Source: Hydrogenophaga sp.
GTDB lineage: Bacteria; Pseudomonadota; Gammaproteobacteria; Burkholderiales; Burkholderiaceae_C
Assembly (NCBI GenBank): GCA_018335615.1
Contig: JAGXRS010000463.1
Span: forward strand, 1 to 42,705
Length of the DNA: 42,705 nucleotides
Direction: 5' to 3'
The stretch's first letter is position 1. The number at the start of each line of letters is the position of its first letter. The notes under the pieces are model-generated. The model was not told the DNA's origin. It was given only the letters and a program-made list of their open reading frames with translations, and searched no databases. A program made the translations under genes and the position numbers. This document shows, piece after piece, positions 36,983 through 42,705 of the stretch.

Positions 36983-37300
36983 AATGGGCGCGTGATCTTC
37001 TTTCTTGGCGTTCAACCTGGCCGCGTCAGCGGCACTCATGAAGAACGTCATCAGCGGGCCGACCGTGCGGCTCGAACCGTTGGCAAAGCACACGTCGAAC
37101 TGACCGCCGGCGGTGTGCGGATCGACGCCTTCCACCAGTCGCCAGGGGTCAAGGCCCCATTCCTCGGATTGCGCGCTGTACCAATAGGCCGGCGCATCGC
37201 CGTTCAAGTCGCTGGCCGCGTACTCGCGCACCAGGACGGCCACCCGGCCGGTGTTCGGCTCCACGAATCCCGGCGGGTAGGGTAGGGTCTGTTTTTTCAT
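36971..37300 (-). CDS. kleF: KleF
   Basis: LPYPPGF..P..GRVAVLV.EYA.SDLNGDAPAYWYSA; synteny. Confidence 0.8.
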   Translation of the reverse strand: MKKQTLPYPPGFVEPNTGRVAVLVREYAASDLNGDAPAYWYSAQSEEWGLDPWRLVEGVDPHTAGGQFDVCFANGSSRTVGPLMTFFMSAADAARLNAKKEDHAPIFSR

Positions 37301-37301
37301 G

Positions 37302-37628
37302 TCAAAGCCCCTTCGGCTTGTAGATCGAAACGAAGTAGGTGATCGCGGTCAGCACCGCGAAGTACGCCAGGAACGACCAACCGGCATACACGCCAGGCGT
37401 GTTCCAGTGGTAGAGCATCCGCACGAACTGGAAGAAGGTGGCAATCGACAGCACCCACTTGAGGATCGGCCAGACCAGCACGGTCGCCACCCATACGAAC
37501 TTGACCAGGCCGGCCAGCAGGCCAGCACCGGGGGCCTTGTTGGGGGCAGCAGACGCGGCGGCAGGCTCCACCGGCGCGGGCGCGGCGGGCTGCTCGATCT
37601 CCTTGGGGAACTTGATGATGTTGGACAT
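37302..37628 (-). CDS. kleE: KleE membrane protein
   Basis: MSNIIKFP, VWPILKWV, YFVSIYKPKGL. Confidence 0.88.
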   Translation of the reverse strand: MSNIIKFPKEIEQPAAPAPVEPAAASAAPNKAPGAGLLAGLVKFVWVATVLVWPILKWVLSIATFFQFVRMLYHWNTPGVYAGWSFLAYFAVLTAITYFVSIYKPKGL

Positions 37629-37722
37629 AGCTTGACCCTCCACGCGCTTACGTGTTGAATGCTGGGTGCTCCCACTCGGAAGCATGGTTACGGTGTGCCA
37701 GCACCAGGCCAAGCGCCCCGGA

Positions 37723-37776
37723 TCACTCCGGGGCGTTCCTCCACCTGGGGCCGCCCTTGATCTTGCCTCGGCTCAC
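37723..37776 (-). pseudogene. Probable kleB remnant (17-codon ORF)
   Basis: AAGGAG RBS + GTG, MSRGKIKGGPRWRNAPE*, at the kleB position; no Cys-rich KleB body. Confidence 0.45.
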
Positions 37777-37836
37777 GCAATACTCCTTCTTGGCGTCCTC
37801 GATAGGCCCGGCCGTTGCCGACCGGGCCATGTGCTC

Positions 37837-38073
37837 TTACCAGCCGGCCCGGCGCTTGGCCTGCTCGACGGCTTCCATCGACCAATGGCCCTTGGCCTGC
37901 CCCTCCAGGGAGCATCCGGCGAAGTACGCCTTGCCGCGCAGTTCCTCGGCTTTGCACACCAGCTCGGCCGCCTCGGCCATCATGGCCGCGATCTCGTCAC
38001 GGCGGGCCGGGAAGTCGGTCGCTGCCGCGCCCTCCAGCTCGTCAATCCAGGGCATAATCTTGTTGTCGCTCAT
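37837..38073 (-). CDS. kleA: KleA (78 aa)
   Basis: IMPWIDELEGAAATDFPARRDEIA; GGAG RBS. Confidence 0.9.
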   Translation of the reverse strand: MSDNKIMPWIDELEGAAATDFPARRDEIAAMMAEAAELVCKAEELRGKAYFAGCSLEGQAKGHWSMEAVEQAKRRAGW

Positions 38074-38124
38074 CGGACTTTCTCCGGTAGTTGACCTGGG
38101 CAATGTGCCCGGCCTTCAAGTGCT

Positions 38125-38215
38125 ATATTAGGGCAAAATGCCCTAGCCTGTCAAGCACTTTAGCTAAACTTTTTTCGCTTTACCGGAATCCGAAGGCTAA
38201 ACTTTAGCCGCTAAA
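38125..38215 (-). promoter_or_regulatory. kleA promoter with KorC (38129-38145), KorA (38158-38169) and KorB (38203-38215) operators
   Basis: TTGACA..TAATAT; TAGGGCAAAATGCCCTA; CTTTAGCTAAAC; TTTAGCCGCTAAA. Confidence 0.9.
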
Positions 38216-38230
38216 ACCTTTCCCTTGGCG

Positions 38231-38488
38231 TCAATCCTCTTTCCAGATCACGCCCAGCCCGGCCTGGTCGCACAGGATCGCCCATGCCGCATAGGGAATC
38301 GGGGTGTCCTCGCCGATCCAGCGGCGGATCGTGCGGTCGCCCTTCGCGCCCAGCCCCAGCGCCTTCGCGGCCTTGCTGCCGCTGAACCCGGCCAGGCGCA
38401 GCACCTCTCGGACTTCCTCGCCGGTCGGTTGCGCCCAGCGTTCGGCCGGCTTCAAGCACTCCAGCCGGATATTGGCGTCGTTCGTCAT
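38231..38488 (-). CDS. korC: KorC repressor
   Basis: IRLECLKPAERW.QP, GDRTIRRW, IPYAAWAILC. Confidence 0.94.
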   Translation of the reverse strand: MTNDANIRLECLKPAERWAQPTGEEVREVLRLAGFSGSKAAKALGLGAKGDRTIRRWIGEDTPIPYAAWAILCDQAGLGVIWKED

Positions 38489-38504
38489 TCGTTCGTTCTC
38501 CTGG

Positions 38505-39713
38505 TCAAGTGATAAGCCGCAACTGGTCGAAGCCGTAGATCGACTGGATGCAGCTCGGGTCTGAATCGACCACGCGCCGGCCTGCGCGATTGGTCTTGTA
38601 CGTTACCGGCCTGTCGTCGTGCGCCCACACCTGGCGGGTGTCGGGATGCACCTTCACGATGATGATGCGCTTGCCGATGTAGCGGTCGAAAACCGGGTGA
38701 TGGACGCTCACGATCTCGCACCGCTGGCCGGGCTTGAACTCCACCAGGTCGGCCGGGCCTCCATCGCCATTCCTGGCGATGCTGCAGGTTGCCGCGCTCG
38801 CTCGCGGCATCGTTGTTTCCGGCGATACAGGCCCGCCCTCGCCCGGCTCGGCATCGTCGGCTTTGACGATGCTGCAGGTCATCGTCGTTTCTGGCGATGC
38901 GGGATCTCGCTCCGGGCCTGCGCCGGTGATTTTTCCCTTGGCGTCCAACCCGGCGGCCCTGGCCGCCTTGATCCTGGTCGCGGCCTCGGCCGCCCAGCGC
39001 CTGGCGATGAAGGCCCGATGCGAGGGCAGCACCACATCGACCAGGACGAACCCCGGCGGCACCAGGACGGTCGCCGGTGCGCGCCGCGCCGGCGGCTCCA
39101 AGCCGGCCAGCCAAGCGGGCAGGGGAGCATCGGCCAGGCGGTCGCGGTAGCTGGCCTCGACCATCACCGGGCGCTTCTTCTCGGCTCGCTGCGCAGCCAG
39201 GATGCCGCGCGCAACCTCGTCCACCGTCATGCAGCCCTGCGCCGTGTCGAAGTGCGAGCGGTAGCCCGTTTCGGAGATAAACGGCCTGTCCAGGTCGATG
39301 ACGTGGAACTGGAAGTGGGCACCCAGCGGCCCGCCGTAGCCGGCCTCGTACTCCACCAGGGCGCGCATGTCGCCATCCGCGACCAGGAACTGGCCGCGCT
39401 GGCCCCACAAGGGCACGTCGCCAGGCACCGCCGCGCAATGGCGCTCGATGACCTGGCCGGGCGCGTCGTGGTCGGCCATGCTGCCCACGTGCGTTCCGCC
39501 GTTCATCTTCCAGATGACGGCCTCGTATCGGTCGCTGGCCGCCTCGGCGGCCGCACCGTCACCGCGCATGATCGCCGCGTCGATCTCCACCACGGCCGCC
39601 ACGGCGGCGGCCAGCAGCTCGTCGCGGTCGGTGGGCAGCTCGGCCAGCAGCTCGGCCGCCGGCGCGTTCCAGTCCTGGCCCGGCTGGGCCGGCGTCTTGC
39701 GTTTCTTCGCCAT
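38505..39713 (-). CDS. klcB: KlcB (402 aa)
   Basis: PGDVPLWGQRG, PFISETGYRSHF, KorA/TrbA-like segment LPSHRAFIARRW. Confidence 0.88.
   Translation of the reverse strand: MAKKRKTPAQPGQDWNAPAAELLAELPTDRDELLAAAVAAVVEIDAAIMRGDGAAAEAASDRYEAVIWKMNGGTHVGSMADHDAPGQVIERHCAAVPGDVPLWGQRGQFLVADGDMRALVEYEAGYGGPLGAHFQFHVIDLDRPFISETGYRSHFDTAQGCMTVDEVARGILAAQRAEKKRPVMVEASYRDRLADAPLPAWLAGLEPPARRAPATVLVPPGFVLVDVVLPSHRAFIARRWAAEAATRIKAARAAGLDAKGKITGAGPERDPASPETTMTCSIVKADDAEPGEGGPVSPETTMPRASAATCSIARNGDGGPADLVEFKPGQRCEIVSVHHPVFDRYIGKRIIIVKVHPDTRQVWAHDDRPVTYKTNRAGRRVVDSDPSCIQSIYGFDQLRLIT
38762..38899. repeat. Array D: four 20-bp palindromic repeats inside klcB (38762, 38808, 38852, 38880)
   Basis: Units followed by CTGCAG, CAGGCC, CTGCAG, CGGGATCT. 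Confidence 0.88.
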
Positions 39714-39719
39714 CGGCCG

Positions 39720-39734
39720 GCCCCTCAAGTGTCA
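39720..39734 (-). promoter_or_regulatory. Orphan TrfA iteron upstream of klcB
   Basis: GCCCCTCAAGTGTCA, identical to the oriV iteron core. Confidence 0.85.
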
Positions 39735-39943
39735 GCACGCCGCCACGCGATCACGTCGCGGGCTTCGTAGCCGTGGCGCTTGCAGTCGTCGCAGAATCCC
39801 GAGCTGAACCCCTTGTGGTTCGTGCCGATCCATGCGGCCGGCTTGCCGCATTCGTGGCCGTAGGTGCCCGGCTCGGCGTTGTGGCACTTGCCGTCCGTCG
39901 CGTAGCTGTTCGTCGGTGCCTGGGGAGCGTTGTTCCTGGTCAT
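39725..39943 (-). CDS. Hypothetical 72-aa Cys/His protein between klcA and klcB
   Basis: AGGAGG RBS before ATG; CH..HEC..FCDDC pattern; fills the intergenic gap. Confidence 0.7.
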   Translation of the reverse strand: MTRNNAPQAPTNSYATDGKCHNAEPGTYGHECGKPAAWIGTNHKGFSSGFCDDCKRHGYEARDVIAWRRADT

Positions 39944-39987
39944 GGTCGCCTCCTGGAAGCCCCGGCCGAAGCCGGGGCCGCCCCTCA

Positions 39988-40416
39988 TCAGTCAATAGCC
40001 CGGTAGATCGCGGCCGCCTCGGCGTGGCTGGCTGCGAAGCCGCGCAGGAAGTGATAGCGGTCGATCAGGGCATCGCCGGCGTCCGTGTCGGCGGCCTCGG
40101 CCGCGAGCTGACCCAGCGCGAACAGGGTTGCGACAATGCCGGCGGCGTCGGCCGACAACTCGCCTCGGAAGCCGTTGCCGTCCACCTCGATCTCCAGGCG
40201 GTCGGCCAGGTCGGGGGCCATGTAAAAACCGCCGTCCGACAAGGTGTAGTAGTGCCAATACGCGCCGCTGTAGCGTTCGCAGAGCCGGCGAAGCCAGGCA
40301 TACACCAGGGCCTCGCCGCGCATCATCAGACGCGGGCCGAAGTAGGCGGGCAGGAAGTCGAGGCGCTGGGCCTCGGCGACCAGGGAAGCGGTAACGGGTT
40401 GCTCTTGGGTGTTCAT
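39988..40416 (-). CDS. klcA: KlcA (ArdB family) antirestriction protein
   Basis: RLDFLPAYFG, YSGAYWHYY..SDGGFYMAP, SADAAGI, IYRAID. Confidence 0.93.
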   Translation of the reverse strand: MNTQEQPVTASLVAEAQRLDFLPAYFGPRLMMRGEALVYAWLRRLCERYSGAYWHYYTLSDGGFYMAPDLADRLEIEVDGNGFRGELSADAAGIVATLFALGQLAAEAADTDAGDALIDRYHFLRGFAASHAEAAAIYRAID

Positions 40417-40467
40417 CGGACTTTCTCCGGTAGTTGACCTGGGCGAAATGCCCGGCCTTCAAGTGCT

Positions 40468-40526
40468 ATATTAGGGCAAAATGTCCTAATCGTCAAGCAC
40501 TTTAGCTAAACGTTTTAGCCGCTAAA
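40468..40526 (-). promoter_or_regulatory. klcA promoter with KorC (40472-40488), KorA (40500-40511) and KorB (40514-40526) operators
   Basis: TTGACG..TAATAT; TAGGGCAAAATGTCCTA; CTTTAGCTAAAC; TTTAGCCGCTAAA. Confidence 0.9.
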
Positions 40527-40528
40527 CC

Positions 40529-40562
40529 TTGCCCTTTCCCTTGGCGTGCATTACAATGTAAT
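40529..40562 (+). promoter_or_regulatory. Putative TA promoter with palindromic operator
   Basis: TTGCCC-17-TACAAT; ATTACAATGTAAT palindrome over the -10. Confidence 0.6.
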
Positions 40563-40588
40563 TCACGAACCCAACCGGAGAACCAATC

Positions 40589-40852
40589 ATGGCTGCAAAC
40601 CAGCTCGTACAAACGCGCATCGACGGCGCGATCAAGGAAGAAGCGGCGGCCGTCCTGGCCGCGATGGGCCTTACCGTGTCCGACGCGGTGCGGCTGCTGC
40701 TCACGAAGGTGGCCCAGGACAAGGCGCTGCCCTTCGAGCCGCTGATTCCGAACGCCACCACCATCGAGGCGATGAAGGAAGCCCGCAAGGGCAAGCTGCC
40801 GCGCTTCGCCACCGTCAACGATCTGATGGCCGATCTGCATGCGGCAGATTGA
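40589..40852 (+). CDS. kluA: RelB/DinJ-family antitoxin (KluA-like)
   Basis: VQTRID..IKEEA..VL..MGLTVSDAVRL, LPFE, PNATTIEAM. Confidence 0.85.
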   Translation: MAANQLVQTRIDGAIKEEAAAVLAAMGLTVSDAVRLLLTKVAQDKALPFEPLIPNATTIEAMKEARKGKLPRFATVNDLMADLHAAD

Positions 40853-41120
40853 GCGCACCGGCCAGTTCAAGCGCGACTACAAGCGCGAGGCGAAAGGGCA
40901 GCACCGGGCCACGCTCGACGCCGACCTGGTGCCCGTCCTGGTCGCGCTCGCCGACGACCAGCCGCTGGAACCTCGGCACCGCGACCACGCGCTGACCGGG
41001 GACTGGAAGGATCACCGGGATTGCCACGTCAAGCCCGACCTGGTGCTGATCTACCAGAAGCCCGACGCCGACACGCTGCGCCTGGTGCGCCTCGGCTCTC
41101 ACTCCGAACTCGGCTTGTGA
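40839..41120 (+). CDS. kluB: YafQ/RelE-family mRNA interferase toxin (KluB-like)
   Basis: FKRDYK, DHALTGDW..RDCHVKPDLVLIY, RLGSHSEL; overlaps the antitoxin. Confidence 0.87.
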   Translation: MRQIERTGQFKRDYKREAKGQHRATLDADLVPVLVALADDQPLEPRHRDHALTGDWKDHRDCHVKPDLVLIYQKPDADTLRLVRLGSHSELGL

Positions 41121-41155
41121 TCGGCGCGGGCCTGGCCCCGCGTCTCACGTTTCAT

Positions 41156-42235
41156 TGACACTTGAGGGGCGCTTTCCGCGCCACCGGCCGAGCTGGCCGA
41201 CCCCCTTCCTTGGCGTAAAACCTGCGGCGGTGGAGCTGCTGCGATGCTTGAGGATCGCGCGGCCGGTCGAACCGCGGCGACCTGGTTGGGGAGTGTGAGG
41301 GGGCTTTGCCCCCTCGCAAGCTCTCGAACTTACTGCCTTCCGCCAGGCGCTTGCGCCTGGCTCTCCTAAGCCGTAGCGCCGAAGGCGCTCCATTGTGGGG
41401 TGAGGCCGCAAGGCGGCCGAGGGGCGTAGCCCCTGGGGGGATGGGAGGCCGCTTGCGGCCGGGTGGGATCGAGAAGGGGGGTTTCCCCCCTTCGGCGGCC
41501 GGTCATGCTGCGCGGTAGCTTGGGCCGTGTTGCCGTTTTTTTCGCCAGCCTCTGGTTAAAACTACCTGGTTATATAAAAAGGTTATAAAGACGGTTAAAA
41601 ACCTGGTTAGCATGACCGAAAAACGCGCGTAAACCGTTGTCACGCCAAGGAAAAGCGCGAAGAGGCCGCCCCTCAAGTGTCAATGGATAAGCCCCCCATG
41701 TGTCAATACGCTGCCCCTCAAGTGTCAAGAACCGCGCCCCTCAAGTGTCAGTAGGGCCGCCCCTCAAGTGTCAATACCGGGGCAGGGTTCCTAACAGGGT
41801 TATCCACAACTTCGGTGGATAACTCCATGCCGATCAGGCACTTAGGCCGCCTCGGCGGCCGCCTGGACGGCTCGACCAGGCCGAAATCGGCCGCTGCCCC
41901 CCAAGTGTCAACATCGCGCCGGCCCCGCTGCCCCTCAAGTGTCAACGTCAGGGCTGCGCCGGCCGGCCTCGGCCGACTTGTCCCGAAACTGTCCACAACG
42001 GCCGCGCCGGTGGGGCAGGGCAGGGAAGGCCCCGGAAACGGGCCAGGAAGGCCCGTCAGGGCCGCAAAGCCCAGCGGCGAGGGCCACCGGCCCGGTGAGC
42101 GTCGGGAAGGCGCTGGAAGCCCGCCAGGGGCGAGACGGGCGGCTCTGCCGCCTGGCTCGATGCGCAGCACGACATAGCCGGTTCTCGCGGCCGCCGGCCG
42201 GGAGAATCCCCCGCAGCTCGGCCCCTCAAGTGTCA
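41156..42235. other. oriV: oriV: iterons, AT-rich region and DnaA boxes
   Basis: Iteron core GCCCCTCAAGTGTCA (or close variant) at 41668, 41691, 41713, 41736, 41759 (22-23 bp period), 41896, 41930, 42221 and inverted at 41156. AT-rich GGTTA repeats ~41552-41610. DnaA boxes TTATCCACA (41800) and GGTGGATAA (41814). Confidence 0.95.
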
Positions 42236-42247
42236 AAGGGTGGATCT

Positions 42248-42391
42248 CATCGTCAGAAGCGGCGATGCGAGATCCAGCGCCGGCGTCGGCCGTCATCGTC
42301 GGAACTGGCGATGGGGCCCTCGGTTCATCGTCAAAGGTGGCGATGGTCGACCGTGGCCAGGACGTGGCCAGCCTCGCCGGAAGTGACGATG
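42248..42391. repeat. Array E: four 20-bp palindromic repeats (42248, 42294, 42326, 42372); fifth unit at 273
   Basis: Units followed by CGAGATCC, GGGCCC, GTCGAC, CTGCAG. Confidence 0.9.
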
Positions 42392-42431
42392 CTGCAGCTC
42401 GACGTGCGCGAGCTGGTGCGCGGTACTGCCT

Positions 42432-42469
42432 GGGGTCGCCTCAGAAAACGGAAAATAAAGCACGCTAAG
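42432..42469 (+). mobile_element. 38-bp terminal inverted repeat (tnp end) of Tn21-family transposon
   Basis: GGGGTCGCCTCAGAAAACGGAAAATAAAGCACGCTAAG preceded by TGCCT (42427-42431). Confidence 0.95.
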
Positions 42470-42704
42470 CCGGTTGCAGCGGTCGTAGCGGCCTGAACTT
42501 GCCCGCGCCGATCTTGGCGCTGCTGCGCCAGAGGTAATCGCCGGTGAGGTTGATGTGCTCCCAACCGAGCGGCGACAGGTACTGCAACAGCGCGTCATCA
42601 ACGGCATGGCCGTTGCCACGCAGCGCGTGCGCAGCCCGTTCCAGATAGACCGTGTTCCACAACACGACGGCAGCCGTTACCAGATTGAGGCCGCTAGCCC
42701 GGTA
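42465..42704 (-). CDS. tnpA: Tn3-family (Tn21-like) transposase, 3' end (truncated by window edge)
   Basis: [22 protein letters not shown]...[14 protein letters not shown]...[11 protein letters not shown], with the stop inside the IR. Confidence 0.95.
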   Translation of the reverse strand, partial: YRASGLNLVTAAVVLWNTVYLERAAHALRGNGHAVDDALLQYLSPLGWEHINLTGDYLWRSSAKIGAGKFRPLRPLQPA

Positions 42705-42705
42705 G

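Noticed and set aside
41145-42496. ORFs across oriV (e.g. 41748..42296, 41939..42496)
   Set aside because: They translate iterons and palindromes (LTLEG repeats); this is non-coding origin DNA.

Overview
The window is an essentially complete IncP-1beta (R751/pB10/pJP4-like) broad-host-range conjugative plasmid backbone, opened inside a single Tn21-family mercury transposon. The merR 3' end and one 38-bp IR are at the left edge, the other IR and the tnpA 3' end are at the right edge, and the 5-bp target duplication TGCCT is intact on both sides. Gene order: trfA-ssb, trbA-P, upf30.5, upf31.0 (Dam/D12-type methylase), parA + mrs, traC-M with oriT, kfrCBA, korB-incC-korA, kleF-kleE-(kleB remnant)-kleA, korC-klcB-orf72-klcA, a RelB/DinJ-YafQ toxin-antitoxin pair and oriV. 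The trb-tra accessory site is empty. The most interesting unexplained structure is five arrays (22 copies) of a 20-bp palindrome CATCGYC-N6-GRCGATG. Twenty copies carry a 6-bp restriction-type site on the same side, and one copy fills the spacer of the putative methylase promoter. Other points: a dispersed 13-mer TTCCCTTGGCGTC, iterons flanking a small Cys/His ORF in the klc operon, an apparent 5-aa deletion in ParA and a kleB remnant. Gene names come from recalled similarity and synteny; no database searches were run.
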